DNA of 64,000 nt from Candidatus Babelota bacterium (GCA_049325595.1 JBMOLF010000009.1:1-64000); one strand, 5' to 3'. Counted from the first letter of the stretch, positions 48,527-59,191 are shown. Notes: generated by a model not told the origin, from the sequence alone. A program made the numbers and translations.

Positions 48527-50878
48527 AAAAGGATTTTCTTCAATTTGATTAACAAGATCTTTTAGCTGTTTATCTTTGTTGTCATCTAATTGAGCAGGCG
48601 ATTGTTGAGAAGCAATATGAAAGCTTTCTTCTATGCCTGCTTCATCTAAAAGATCTTTTTCATACGCATCGGCTGCTATTTCAGGGTCAGTTGCCAAGTA
48701 TTGATCGACCAATGCCTGCGATGGTTCCCTCGTTGGTTGGAAGAACCAGCGCGTAATCGGATCACGAAGATTGTCAAAGATATAGTTTTCATTGCTGTAG
48801 TTTTGAGCAATTTCAACATAATCTTTGGTCATTTCACTAATGCCAGCACGCAAACGTGGCTTAATAATAGTTGGCGAAATAAATACCGTTAAAAAGGTCT
48901 TAGTTGCAGCACTGCTTCTGCGTTTAAAGAACCAACCCAAAATAGGAATTTGGCCGAGTAATGGTGTTTCATTTAAGGCATCCAGCATATCAATTCGGGT
49001 AAGTCCGCCCAATGCAAGTACGCACCCATTTGCAACATTAGCATTGGTTATTACTTTACGGGCAAGGCGGTTTCCATCAGATACATTAGCAGACGTAAAT
49101 TGTACGATGTCCACTTCTATGTGAAGGTTTACCGTATTTGCTGAACTTATACGTGGGGTAATACCAACAGTTAATTGTGCTGGAATCCATTTACGTGTTG
49201 CATTTATAGCACCACCAGAAGAACCTGCAGCCGCGTCTTGTAAAAAGCGATCTTCAGTTACCGTGATCATTGCTTGCTTGTTATTAATTGCAATTACGTG
49301 TGGGTGACTTAAAACCTTGGTATTATCAAGCAATTTTTGAATTTGCAAGATTCCCCAGGTTTGTCCGCTATTAGGATCATTAAATGCAACTGCCATTGAT
49401 CCCGGACTAAAAAAACTTGCCGCACTGCGATTATCCCCGCCCGGCGTTGTGGGAGGATAGGCATTACGCAATAGATCAGATTGAAGGGTATTTGCCGGAG
49501 GCACCGTATTTTCATTAAGTAAAATATTTGGTGTTGTTTGCGCTGATTGGAAATTCACTAAATGCGGGAATGGTAATTGTGCTGGGTTCCGAATCGAGCT
49601 ACCAAGTAATCGAACATCATTTAAGGTTAAATCAGCAATTAAAACTTGCAGCATTACAATGTCTTGCGGGCGATCAACTTGCTCAATAAATTTTTTGATA
49701 TATTCCCAATCATCAGAACGTGCTGCAATAATTAAGTTATTATTACCAGCAAATTTACCCTCTGCCGCTTCTTTATTACCAAGATTGAGTGTTTTATCGC
49801 TTTTTACAATAACACTTTGTAAAAGGCGTTCAGGACCACCTTCTGTCGCTTCGCCACCTCGTGCTTGCTCAGGTCCGCCACCGCGCTGGCCTTTAATAAT
49901 TGACTCAAGAACAGGAACAAATGAATCAGCATCTAGGTATTGTAATTGATACACATGCAAAATTGATTTACCCGTACCGATCTCTACATCGATATATTTC
50001 ATTATAAAATCTTTGAGTCGCTCAACTGCTTGTGCGCGCCCCCTTAAGATAATTGAATTGGTGCGAGGTACGGCTGCAACGGCAACAGGTTGAAAATAAG
50101 TACCTTCTGGTTTTTTACTGCCGGGTAGCTTGTTTGGCTCAACGGTTACTTGTAACTCTTTGAGAATTTGATCAACAACAAATGAGGCTTGTACAAAATG
50201 TAAACGCAATACTTCTAGTGTTTCTTTGTAGGTTGTTTGATCGAGTGCATTTAAAATTTGAATTGCTGCGCGAATATTACTTCCTCTATCGGTTATTAAA
50301 AAACTATTAGTAGCAACATCAACTTTAATATCTGCTTTGAATAAGGCGCTATCAGATAAAACATTTTTTAATATAGCAAGCAATTCGCTATCGGCTGCAT
50401 CAGATGCGCGAATGTTTGATAAATAGTGTAAGTATCGAACTGGTTGATCAGTATCGGGGGGCAATACACCAACATACAGTGGCAATGATTCACGAATAAG
50501 ATCAGGTGTAGTTTTTATAATTTGATAATTTCCTGCGTGAGGAACAATGTTGTACCCAGCGATATTAAGAAGTGTTTGAAAAATGTCCCATGCTTCAGAC
50601 AACGTTAATTTTTCTTCAATATGTAAGGTTACTTTTTGATTAATAGGTTCTTTTGGCAAGACGACATTAATTCTTTTTTCAGCACTCATTAAGTTGATGA
50701 TATCAACCAGATCTTCATTATCAAAATAAAAGCTAATTTTTCTTTTGCGATTTTTCTTTTGTTTACCATTAGGCTTTGCAGAAATTTTTTCATTCAATGC
50801 GCTTGGATGAAAAATGCTTTTTATATCTTCTGCCCATACTGTATTGCTTAAGAGAATTATGATAAATAAAAAAATCAT
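48515..50878 (-). CDS. gspD: Type II secretion secretin GspD (paralogue 2)
   Basis: Signal; N0 (FYFDNEDL), N-domain repeats (PRTNSIIL, NNNLII), secretin domain (SHPHV, ITPRIS, ALGGL, PLLGQIPILGWFFK). Confidence 0.9.
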   Translation of the reverse strand: MIFLFIIILLSNTVWAEDIKSIFHPSALNEKISAKPNGKQKKNRKRKISFYFDNEDLVDIINLMSAEKRINVVLPKEPINQKVTLHIEEKLTLSEAWDIFQTLLNIAGYNIVPHAGNYQIIKTTPDLIRESLPLYVGVLPPDTDQPVRYLHYLSNIRASDAADSELLAILKNVLSDSALFKADIKVDVATNSFLITDRGSNIRAAIQILNALDQTTYKETLEVLRLHFVQASFVVDQILKELQVTVEPNKLPGSKKPEGTYFQPVAVAAVPRTNSIILRGRAQAVERLKDFIMKYIDVEIGTGKSILHVYQLQYLDADSFVPVLESIIKGQRGGGPEQARGGEATEGGPERLLQSVIVKSDKTLNLGNKEAAEGKFAGNNNLIIAARSDDWEYIKKFIEQVDRPQDIVMLQVLIADLTLNDVRLLGSSIRNPAQLPFPHLVNFQSAQTTPNILLNENTVPPANTLQSDLLRNAYPPTTPGGDNRSAASFFSPGSMAVAFNDPNSGQTWGILQIQKLLDNTKVLSHPHVIAINNKQAMITVTEDRFLQDAAAGSSGGAINATRKWIPAQLTVGITPRISSANTVNLHIEVDIVQFTSANVSDGNRLARKVITNANVANGCVLALGGLTRIDMLDALNETPLLGQIPILGWFFKRRSSAATKTFLTVFISPTIIKPRLRAGISEMTKDYVEIAQNYSNENYIFDNLRDPITRWFFQPTREPSQALVDQYLATDPEIAADAYEKDLLDEAGIEESFHIASQQSPAQLDDNKDKQLKDLVNQIEENPFSRT

Positions 50879-51438
50879 GTTGCCTCACGAGCCAATGGTG
50901 GTAATAATGTGGCAATAGTTAAGGTTGAATTAATTGTTTGTGGATTTTTTTCTGAGCGGGTAATTTCTAGGTCTTTTATGTAAAGCCTATTGGTTTGTTC
51001 GATTGTTGATAAAAATTGTGCAAGTTGTTTCATGTTAATACCGGCTAAGGTTACTTTCTCAGCTTGCTCACGATAATTATCTTCAACAACAGTAGTAGTA
51101 AATTCTCCAGAGGTAAAATTTTGTTCTAAGTTTAGCTGTTTGGTAATATCTCGAATAAAACCATCTATTTTAAACTCAGGGTCTTGCGCTAAAATTGCAT
51201 CAACTGCTTTACGTTGTTGCTGCACTTTTTGTGCTTTTTGTAAAATTTCACGCGTTTGCTCGCGCGCTTCATTAATAATATTAATGTGTCTGGTAGCTGA
51301 TGCTATGCCCCAAAAATAATTTATTACTAACAATAGAGCGATAAGAAAAATAATACCCCAATACACAACAATGTATCTGATAAATGATCGTTCATTTAAG
51401 TTTTGAATGAATTCTTGTATTTTTTTTATAAGGGTCAT
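50875..51438 (-). CDS. gspM: GspM/PilO-like inner-membrane platform protein
   Basis: LNER before a single TM, coiled coil, then VTLAGINMKQLAQFLSTIEQ..LYIKDLEI; position in operon. Confidence 0.75.
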   Translation of the reverse strand: MTLIKKIQEFIQNLNERSFIRYIVVYWGIIFLIALLLVINYFWGIASATRHINIINEAREQTREILQKAQKVQQQRKAVDAILAQDPEFKIDGFIRDITKQLNLEQNFTSGEFTTTVVEDNYREQAEKVTLAGINMKQLAQFLSTIEQTNRLYIKDLEITRSEKNPQTINSTLTIATLLPPLAREAT

Positions 51439-53063
51439 GATTTCTCCTGACCGTTTTTAAGCAATCGAATAACAATAGTAAACTGTGGCTCTTTGCCTTC
51501 TTCTATGAGTTTAAATAATTTCGATTTTTTTAAATCGCGTTCGAGATTTTTTAATGCCTCATAATCGTTTACTTTGCCTTGCAGAGTAAGAATACCATCT
51601 GCAGAAAAAGTAATTTTTTCAAGATCTAGACCTAGAGCTTCTTTATCAATTTTATCAGTTAGCTCCAAAAGATATTTTAAATATGAAGTCCGAGCAGTGG
51701 TTAAAACAGCAAATCGTCTTTCTTCATCATTAACTGCGCGCTCTGCTTCAGCGATTAAGTCATCAAGGTCGGTTACTTCTTCTGGGATTTTAGGGAAACG
51801 CTCTTTAAGCGTTTCAATCACTTCTTCTTGAGAGGTATACGCTTCATTATGCAAGCGACGCAATCCAGCAAGACTAAAAATTAATAATGAGCCAATGATT
51901 AAGAGTGATAAAACAAGGCTTACTAATAATTGTTTGGAAAGCTCCCAGGTCGAGGCGGTTGCAAATTCTTCTTTGCGCACATTAAAACGTGCCATACTGG
52001 TATTGGGCAATGCTACTGCTAGACTGACCACATTGTCATCGGGGAAATTATTTTTTGCTGATATTGAAATTCCTGTTTGGGAAATTGCCTGATGGAGGTT
52101 AAAAACATTAGTAGCAACCTGCAAGTGTTCAGAAAAATAACCAAGCATACCCTTTAAATGTGCTGTTTGACCAAAAAACAACAACGAATCCATCGATTCA
52201 TGCTCAAGCGCTGTAAATGATTTAATAGTAAAATCTATATCTTTTGCAAGAGTTGCAAAGCCAGAATCAATTGCTTGGGCATAAGTATCGGTATGAGCAT
52301 GCTTTTCTAGGCCGTAGCGTAAGGTATAATCCAGTGCTTCGGCTATAGAAATATGTAATTGCTCACTTGCTAATTTGGCGACATCATAAATTCCTTTGGG
52401 CAGTGTTCGCATTGCTCGTAACTGGCCGCGTTGAATATAGGCCATTCGGGTTCCTTGAATGCCAATTTCAATCAAGGTTACATTTTCATTAAGTGATCGA
52501 TAATAAGGTAGTGCGGTATACAAACCATAAAGGGCAAGCAAATCGATGGTAATTTTTTGAGGACTAATTCCTGCTGCTTCAAATAATGCCAGATGATGAG
52601 CAATATGTTGCTTTTGTACAGCGACAATAAGTACTTCAACACTTTTTTCGTCAGGTAATTGTTTGGTAATAACAAAATCGACGACCGCATCTTGAATAGG
52701 AAAGGGCAGTAATGGCTCAATTTCATTTTGAACAACTCGCGCAATCATATCATAATCAGTAAAGGGAAATTTTAGTTCTTTAAAGATTGTTTGTGCGCTA
52801 CTCATAGAGCTATAAACCGCTTGATAACGAGCATCAATCGAATCGATAATTTTTTTTATTGCAGAGCTAATTCGACTATCGTTATCATTACCATCGGTGA
52901 CATCTAATTGTTCTTGAAACCATTTTTCAATTATTATGTTACGACCTTTTGCTAATATTTGGGTAGCGGTAACATGGGTCTTGCCGATATCAAATCCAAT
53001 AATGCGCGTTGGAATTACATAGTAATTGCGAATTTCCTGCGGGATAAATAGATCTTTAATCAT
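51435..53063 (-). CDS. gspL: GspL-like protein (PilM-like actin-fold domain + TM + PilN-like domain)
   Basis: IGFDIG, ELKFPF, EIEPLLPFP..VVDF, AAGI, IEIG; TM near residue 385; LTLQG..YEAL..L..S.LF. Confidence 0.82.
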   Translation of the reverse strand: MIKDLFIPQEIRNYYVIPTRIIGFDIGKTHVTATQILAKGRNIIIEKWFQEQLDVTDGNDNDSRISSAIKKIIDSIDARYQAVYSSMSSAQTIFKELKFPFTDYDMIARVVQNEIEPLLPFPIQDAVVDFVITKQLPDEKSVEVLIVAVQKQHIAHHLALFEAAGISPQKITIDLLALYGLYTALPYYRSLNENVTLIEIGIQGTRMAYIQRGQLRAMRTLPKGIYDVAKLASEQLHISIAEALDYTLRYGLEKHAHTDTYAQAIDSGFATLAKDIDFTIKSFTALEHESMDSLLFFGQTAHLKGMLGYFSEHLQVATNVFNLHQAISQTGISISAKNNFPDDNVVSLAVALPNTSMARFNVRKEEFATASTWELSKQLLVSLVLSLLIIGSLLIFSLAGLRRLHNEAYTSQEEVIETLKERFPKIPEEVTDLDDLIAEAERAVNDEERRFAVLTTARTSYLKYLLELTDKIDKEALGLDLEKITFSADGILTLQGKVNDYEALKNLERDLKKSKLFKLIEEGKEPQFTIVIRLLKNGQEKS

Positions 53064-55633
53064 GTATTAATCCCTTTGGTTTGTTCATCATTAAAGAGTT
53101 CCACTAATGATTTTTTAGTCGTTGATTGCGCTAATGATCGTGTTCTTGGCATGCTAGCAGCAGGAGTTATACTTTTTGGTTGCTCAATGGTTGCATGAGC
53201 TAAATCGATCGGTCTTTGGGATCCTATTGGAGGCAAAGGTGGCTCGGGATTTACCGGACAATTATTATTCTTACGTTGGAAAATGAAATCGTCAGCCGCG
53301 CGTTCAGTTCCTTCACGACTTGGTTGGAAGAATAATAGATCAACTGGGTCGCGCTTTTGTGAAACATCACGCATGTCATCAGTGGTTAACTCGTACGCAT
53401 TAATATGTTTTTGAGTAAATTGTTTTATCGAACTTTGATCAAACGGCTCAATAATGGTTGTTGATATTAAGATCAGAAGATCTTGTTTTCGTTCTGCCTG
53501 GCGCTTATTTTTAAATAACCAACCAAGTACCGGAATATCGCCTAAAATTGGCACTTTAGAAACGTTATTGGTAACCGTGTTTTGAATCAAACCACCAAGT
53601 GCAATAACTTCTCTATTTGCAGAAATGGTAGTTGTGTTAATTTTTCGGGTAATACGTGCGGCATTCACCGGATCAGCTGCAGTGATAAAGTTTGAGAGCT
53701 CAATACCAAGGTCAAGTACAATCATGCCATCGGAGTTAATCTGAGGGGTAACATTAATTTCGAGCTTAGCAGTTTCATCACCAAACGTATTTGCTGTAGC
53801 ATTACTAATAATTTGGCTGGTAATCAAACGACGAATTTCACCAAGTGTTACGGTTGCTTTAGTTTTATTAGTTGCAACAACAAAAGGGTTTGAAACTACT
53901 TGTGTATTGCTCACGGTTTGCAACAACTGCAATATTGCCCATACGTTAAGATTATCCCCAAGAGAAATAACGGTATTACCAGCAGGTGCAAAGTTCACCA
54001 GACTTAATAAATTTCCTAACAAACGATTGGCTCCAGGTCCGAACGTGTTTTCTACGATACCTTTGGCGGCACCACCAGCGCGTAAGCCTGATGTTTGAAA
54101 GTCAACATTGTATCCTGTTAATCCTTCAACTCCAGGAACACGCGTTCTTATTTGTGCACCGAGCTCTTTTGTGTTTACTAAATCAACAAGTAAAATGAGT
54201 ACTTCTACGGCAACCTGACGTTGTGGAGCGTCAAGCATTGCAATAATGTCTTTTACTTTCAAAAAGTCTTCATAATCAGCGCGAACAACTAATTGGTTTC
54301 CTTCTGGTTCATGTACAAATGTCATAGGTTTGAAAAATTTGTCGCCATCACGAACAGCGCCAAATGCAGCTTGCGGCCCTGTTTGCCCCAGAGTTGTAAC
54401 ACTATTCATAATGTTAGCGATAGTGCGCGCATCAGCATAGCGCATTTTAATGACATGAATGGGAGAATATGGTTGGGTTAACTCGACGTCAATAAATCGA
54501 GTAATAAAATCTTCAATTTTTTTAATACCTTCTGCAGAGCCTAAAATAATTAATGAATTAGTGCGCGGTTCTGCAAAAATTTTGGTTCCTTCAGGAAAAT
54601 ACTGACCGGTTGGTGTTCTGCGCCCAGGGAATAATCGAGCCGTTACACTTTGACGATCTTCTTCAGGATTAAGTTGCTTATAAAGTTTTGCAACATCCAT
54701 GGCATCTGCGCGACGAAGTTTTAATACCGACATTGCTTGTGGAGCATTAGCTTTATCTAATTCTTTGATGATCTGCATTAAGCTTTTAATATTATAAGCT
54801 TTATCAGTTATCACGAGTGCTCTTAGTTCTTGTAAAATCACTACAGCAGATGATGGACTACGTAATCCCGGCTTGTTTTCGTCACCAATTAATGATCGAA
54901 GCGTATCAGTTGAAATATTGTCATAAAAATATACAAAGCGAACCATTTCATCGCTGTCTGGCAATGTTTCAGCAGGTACACCAATAAAGGCCGGAAGCGG
55001 CATTCGCCGTGCATTTTCAACCGCCGTAATGCGCATAACACGCGGTGTTGGCTCCGGAACAATTGCAAGGCCTGCAATAGACAAAAAGGTATTAAAAAGA
55101 TTCCACGCAGCTTTTCGCGTTAAAGGCTTTTCTGTTTTAAAAGAAATTTTATTTCCTTTAATTGGACGTGACAATGCTCCTTGTGCGCCAGGAGTTACCG
55201 TATCATCTGTAATAAAGGTAACGCCGTAAATATCTTCTATTTGTTTTACCAGTTGTTCAAGGTCGGCATTTTCAAAATAAAATTCAATAAGTTCTTCTTG
55301 CTCAGGCAATTGAATTTGAGGTTCTTCTATGGGTAATTCTTTTTGGTCTAATAATTTGTGTGCTTGTTCGGTAGGGCTTTCTTTATAGCCTTTATCGACT
55401 AATGGCGGTTGCTCTGGTACCGGAGCAGTAGGTGCAAAAACAGGATTTTCAGCTTTTACTTCAGGTATTGCTGGTTCACTTGATAATACCGGTTTTGCAT
55501 GCTCAACAGGCTTTGCTTTTTTTGTGCACAATTCTTCTTGCTGTGGTATACAATTTTGTTTTTTAGCGCATGATGGAGTAATGCCAATGAGTGTGAGTAA
55601 GAGCCACGCTAAAGGAATACGATATAAATTCAT
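53060..55633 (-). CDS. gspD: Type II secretion secretin GspD (paralogue 1)
   Basis: N0 (FYFENADL), EPRTNSLII, LDAPQRQVAVEV, SNPFV, VTPQIN, ALGGLI, KVPILGDIPVLGWLFK; Pro-rich N-terminal extension. Confidence 0.93.
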   Translation of the reverse strand: MNLYRIPLAWLLLTLIGITPSCAKKQNCIPQQEELCTKKAKPVEHAKPVLSSEPAIPEVKAENPVFAPTAPVPEQPPLVDKGYKESPTEQAHKLLDQKELPIEEPQIQLPEQEELIEFYFENADLEQLVKQIEDIYGVTFITDDTVTPGAQGALSRPIKGNKISFKTEKPLTRKAAWNLFNTFLSIAGLAIVPEPTPRVMRITAVENARRMPLPAFIGVPAETLPDSDEMVRFVYFYDNISTDTLRSLIGDENKPGLRSPSSAVVILQELRALVITDKAYNIKSLMQIIKELDKANAPQAMSVLKLRRADAMDVAKLYKQLNPEEDRQSVTARLFPGRRTPTGQYFPEGTKIFAEPRTNSLIILGSAEGIKKIEDFITRFIDVELTQPYSPIHVIKMRYADARTIANIMNSVTTLGQTGPQAAFGAVRDGDKFFKPMTFVHEPEGNQLVVRADYEDFLKVKDIIAMLDAPQRQVAVEVLILLVDLVNTKELGAQIRTRVPGVEGLTGYNVDFQTSGLRAGGAAKGIVENTFGPGANRLLGNLLSLVNFAPAGNTVISLGDNLNVWAILQLLQTVSNTQVVSNPFVVATNKTKATVTLGEIRRLITSQIISNATANTFGDETAKLEINVTPQINSDGMIVLDLGIELSNFITAADPVNAARITRKINTTTISANREVIALGGLIQNTVTNNVSKVPILGDIPVLGWLFKNKRQAERKQDLLILISTTIIEPFDQSSIKQFTQKHINAYELTTDDMRDVSQKRDPVDLLFFQPSREGTERAADDFIFQRKNNNCPVNPEPPLPPIGSQRPIDLAHATIEQPKSITPAASMPRTRSLAQSTTKKSLVELFNDEQTKGINT

Positions 55634-55638
55634 ATTTT

Positions 55639-56745
55639 TTACTCGGTGTTAGATAACATATTTTGTATTGGCCGCTTCCCTTTTTCCAACATATTTTTTC
55701 TTTCTCTGGCCCTCAATTCATCAATTGTTGGTGCAAATGTTTCACGTTCTTCAAGTCGTTTTAATTGCTCTCTTGTTATTTGATCTGCCGTTCTTCTTTG
55801 GGTGTCTCGTGCTGGCGGCTTGGCAATAGTATCACGCAATTCGTAGTAAATGGTGGTTTCTCTGCCATTTCTTATTACTTTAACTGGAATTGTTCGATTT
55901 GTCTTTAATGTAGTAAGTTCTTGGTAAATAGTAAAACGATTTGCCGTAGTTGTTGCCGGAATATCGTTAATAGCAATCACCATATCGCCACGCTCTAAGC
56001 CTATTGCAGCAGCAAGTGACGGAGGGTTTATCGTGCCAATACGACAGCCAATGCTAGCCCCTTGACTATACACACCAGTTAAATCAAGCATATCGATAAA
56101 TTGTGCAAGGCTATGAACTCTGCCAGCAAATTCATGTACATTTACCATAAATTTATTTGATGAAATAGGTTTGATAACAGATGACCAATCTTCAATAAAC
56201 GTATAAGCAGGATCTGATTTTGCATCACGTTCTTTAAGGTACAATACTTCTTGCTGGCCATTAGAACGTAAGAATATAACTTTATTACTCATAATCCGAA
56301 TAAGTTGTGCATCTTCAATACGATCACCAATTTGATAACTGGATTCTTGTCCAGTTGCATTGTCGGCAATAATCGCTCTGTTTCTTGTGTCATCATGAAC
56401 AATCACAATTATGCCACGCAACGTTATAGCCAGTGGCTCTTGAAATTGCGGCTTGGGCTCTTCTGGTTTGTAGATAGGATGCGGCGCGGGTGGCTCGGGT
56501 GCAACTGCCGTGAATGTTGGCACGCGCTCAATAGGCGCTTCAGGAATTACTGTATTGAATAAATCATTTTGGTATATTTTACTCAAATTAATTTGCGCAG
56601 ATGTTGTAGTAATTGGCTTTACATACTCGACAGGTACAATTTCTTCTCGCTCGGGAATAGATATAGACGAAAAGAGCATAAATCCGAGTACAGAGATAAA
56701 AAGGAAAAGGAGTGCGCTGTTTAAAAGCCAAAATGGTTGTCTCAT
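55639..56745 (-). CDS. gspC: Type II secretion protein GspC (TM, HR domain, PDZ)
   Basis: N-terminal TM, LRGII..RAII..Y.IGD.I.DA.L..I..NKV HR domain, GLERGDMVIAIND PDZ. Confidence 0.88.
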   Translation of the reverse strand: MRQPFWLLNSALLFLFISVLGFMLFSSISIPEREEIVPVEYVKPITTTSAQINLSKIYQNDLFNTVIPEAPIERVPTFTAVAPEPPAPHPIYKPEEPKPQFQEPLAITLRGIIVIVHDDTRNRAIIADNATGQESSYQIGDRIEDAQLIRIMSNKVIFLRSNGQQEVLYLKERDAKSDPAYTFIEDWSSVIKPISSNKFMVNVHEFAGRVHSLAQFIDMLDLTGVYSQGASIGCRIGTINPPSLAAAIGLERGDMVIAINDIPATTTANRFTIYQELTTLKTNRTIPVKVIRNGRETTIYYELRDTIAKPPARDTQRRTADQITREQLKRLEERETFAPTIDELRARERKNMLEKGKRPIQNMLSNTE

Positions 56746-56852
56746 TCATTCATTCCTTGTGATAAGTACCTTTCACACAATACCCCTCATATTTGCATTT
56801 TGTCAAGTTCCATAATTGTGTGAAAATGACTTACCGTTGCGGCCTTTGCGTA

Positions 56853-57845
56853 TCACGGTGACGGTATTGTTTGCAAGATTTTATTGATAACCATGTCGGG
56901 GCTGAGTCCATCCGCTTCAGCTTGGTATGTTAATACTAAGCGATGGCGCAAAGCGGGAAGAGCTACTGCTTTTATATCATCAGGCGTAACAAAATGACGT
57001 TTTCTTAAAAACGCATATGCTTTTGCTGATTGATATAATGTTATGGTGGCTCGCGGTGAAACCCCCGATTGAATATAAGATTTTAAATTGGTCAATCCAT
57101 AACTTTCAGGTGCTCGTGTCGCAAAAATAATATTTACCAAATATTCAATTATCTTGTCATCAACATAAACAGCTTCTACTAATTTTTGAGCAAGTAGAAT
57201 ATCTGCTTCAGTTAAAATTTGTATTAGGTCGTTAGTATTGCGAGAGCGCAGAAGAAGTTCTTTTTCTTCATGCTTATTAGGATAGTTTACCAATAGTTTA
57301 AACATAAAGCGGTCTACTTGAGCTTCAGGCAACTGATAGGTTCCTTCTTGCTCAATAGGATTTTGTGTTGCAAAAACTAAAAATGGTTCTTGCAGCTTAA
57401 ATGTTTGAGATCCGATAGTTACTTGTTTTTCTTGCATTGCTTCAAGTAAAGCTGCCTGCACTTTTGCCGGCGCACGATTTATTTCATCGGCAAGAATAAG
57501 ATTTGCAAAAATAGGGCCTTTTTTGGTCTCGAACTCTTGTGTTTTAGGATTGTATATTAACGTTCCGATAACATCTGATGGTAATAAATCTGGTGTAAAT
57601 TGTATGCGATTAAATTTAAGCCCCAACGCTTTGGTGAGCGCTTTAATCATAGTTGTTTTTGCAACCCCTGGCACTCCTTCAAGAAGAATGTGCCCATCAC
57701 ATAAAATAGCGATCATCATAAATTGTATAATGTCCTGATGACCAATAATAACTTTGCCTACTTCGTGACTAAGCCCTTGAAATTGAGCAGTTGTATCTTT
57801 TATTTGTTCAATGATAGAACTATCTGGCAGTGCTGTTTCTATCAT
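56853..57845 (-). CDS. MoxR family AAA+ ATPase
   Basis: LLEGVPGVAKT, RIQFTPDLLPSD, LADEINRAPAKVQAALLEAMQE, ATQNPIEQEGTY.LPEAQ.DRF. Confidence 0.96.
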   Translation of the reverse strand: MIETALPDSSIIEQIKDTTAQFQGLSHEVGKVIIGHQDIIQFMMIAILCDGHILLEGVPGVAKTTMIKALTKALGLKFNRIQFTPDLLPSDVIGTLIYNPKTQEFETKKGPIFANLILADEINRAPAKVQAALLEAMQEKQVTIGSQTFKLQEPFLVFATQNPIEQEGTYQLPEAQVDRFMFKLLVNYPNKHEEKELLLRSRNTNDLIQILTEADILLAQKLVEAVYVDDKIIEYLVNIIFATRAPESYGLTNLKSYIQSGVSPRATITLYQSAKAYAFLRKRHFVTPDDIKAVALPALRHRLVLTYQAEADGLSPDMVINKILQTIPSP

Positions 57846-57984
57846 AGGATACCTTTCATTATCGATCGCGCATTACTAATTAAAAAATAATGGTTTCATT
57901 GTATCAAGCTTATGGTAATCTTACAACTGATACCATTCGTATGTAAAACAAGTACAATTTTCTTTTTTTCGTAGGTTATACACA

Positions 57985-58509
57985 ATGATTCTTTCTGGTA
58001 AAGAAATAAAAAATAAATTAGGCAAACAGATTATAATTGACCCATTTAATGAAAAACAGCTTGGCCCTAATAGTTATAATTTGCGTCTTCACAATGAATT
58101 AATGGTATATGAAGATCCTATTTTGGATATGAAAAAAAAGCATGCAACTAAATCCTTAATTATTCCACCAGAAGGTCTTGTATTAGAAACGGGTAAATTG
58201 TATTTAGGAAGAACAATGGAATACACTCAAACTGACGAGTATGTTCCTATGCTCGAAGGTCGTTCTTCAATTGGTCGTCTTGGCTTGTTTATTCACATCA
58301 CTGCTGGTTTTGGCGATGTTGGATTTAATGGTTTTTGGACACTAGAAATTTTCTGCGTACAACCAATTCGTATTTACCCAGGCGTTGAAATTTGCCAAAT
58401 CTTCTATCACTCAATAGAAGGCGCATATGAGCGTTATTCGAGTAATAAATATCAAAATAATCGCAGCATTCAAGCAAGTATGTTATATAAAGATTTTGAG
58501 TTGTTATAA
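57985..58509 (+). CDS. dcd: dCTP deaminase
   Basis: MILSG, PNSYNLRL, GRSSIGRLG, TAGFGDVGF, TLEI, ICQI, KYQ. Confidence 0.95.
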   Translation: MILSGKEIKNKLGKQIIIDPFNEKQLGPNSYNLRLHNELMVYEDPILDMKKKHATKSLIIPPEGLVLETGKLYLGRTMEYTQTDEYVPMLEGRSSIGRLGLFIHITAGFGDVGFNGFWTLEIFCVQPIRIYPGVEICQIFYHSIEGAYERYSSNKYQNNRSIQASMLYKDFELL

Positions 58510-58534
58510 AACATAACAATAACGGGTAAATACT

Positions 58535-59191
58535 ATGCTTTTTAAGTATCCAATATGGTTACTGTGTTTTTTCTCTTGTCTTAACAGTATGGAAAAAAAT
58601 CCAGCCATATATGATTGGAGTATGTTTAAAACTGATTTAGAAAGAAGAGCAAAAAGAGCAGAGCATATGTTTGCTTGTAGGGATACAGTAACAGCGTCGA
58701 TTTTAATGGAAAATGCCTTTAATGATTGTTGTGCATTTAATGTTGTAGATCAAGCAAGCAAACAAGATCAACTCAAATGTTCAAGCGCGCTAGCATTGAG
58801 GGCAGGATTGTTTGCGCGAGCCAATTATGATAATGAAAAAGCAGTTAGTTTTTTTCAATATGCAGCGGATAATTTTCCAGAAAGTGCAATAGGTTATGAG
58901 GGCTTCTATTGCCTGGGTGCAATTTATTTAGAGAAAAATAATTTAGAATTAGCGAAAAAACATCTACACGGTGCATACGAAAAATGGTTTCCAGAGCTCG
59001 ATAAAGGGCCCGTATTGTTTAGCTTGGGCGAACTGTATCAAAAAAAAGGAAAATTAGCTCAAGCAAAAAAATTTTATCAAGAATGTCTAGATGAAGCTCA
59101 AGATTATGACGTCCAAAGACTAGCTGAAGGTGCACTCCAATTGCTAGAAGGAACAGTTTGTAATGCAAATATATCAAGAAATAAAAGATAA
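58535..59191 (+). CDS. Secreted tetratricopeptide-repeat protein
   Basis: Signal then MEKN; YCLGAIYLEKNNLELAKK and FSLGELYQKKGKLAQAKKFYQECL TPR motifs. Confidence 0.8.
   Translation: MLFKYPIWLLCFFSCLNSMEKNPAIYDWSMFKTDLERRAKRAEHMFACRDTVTASILMENAFNDCCAFNVVDQASKQDQLKCSSALALRAGLFARANYDNEKAVSFFQYAADNFPESAIGYEGFYCLGAIYLEKNNLELAKKHLHGAYEKWFPELDKGPVLFSLGELYQKKGKLAQAKKFYQECLDEAQDYDVQRLAEGALQLLEGTVCNANISRNKR

Noticed and set aside
51435..53063. Type IV pilus pilMNOPQ operon
   Set aside because: PilM-like and PilN-like parts are fused as in GspL, a PDZ-containing GspC is present, and the secretins have GspD-type N-domains without AMIN domains
55738..55753. parS-like TGTTTCACGTTCTTCA
   Set aside because: Only 12/16 match with a broken right half, inside gspC, single copy
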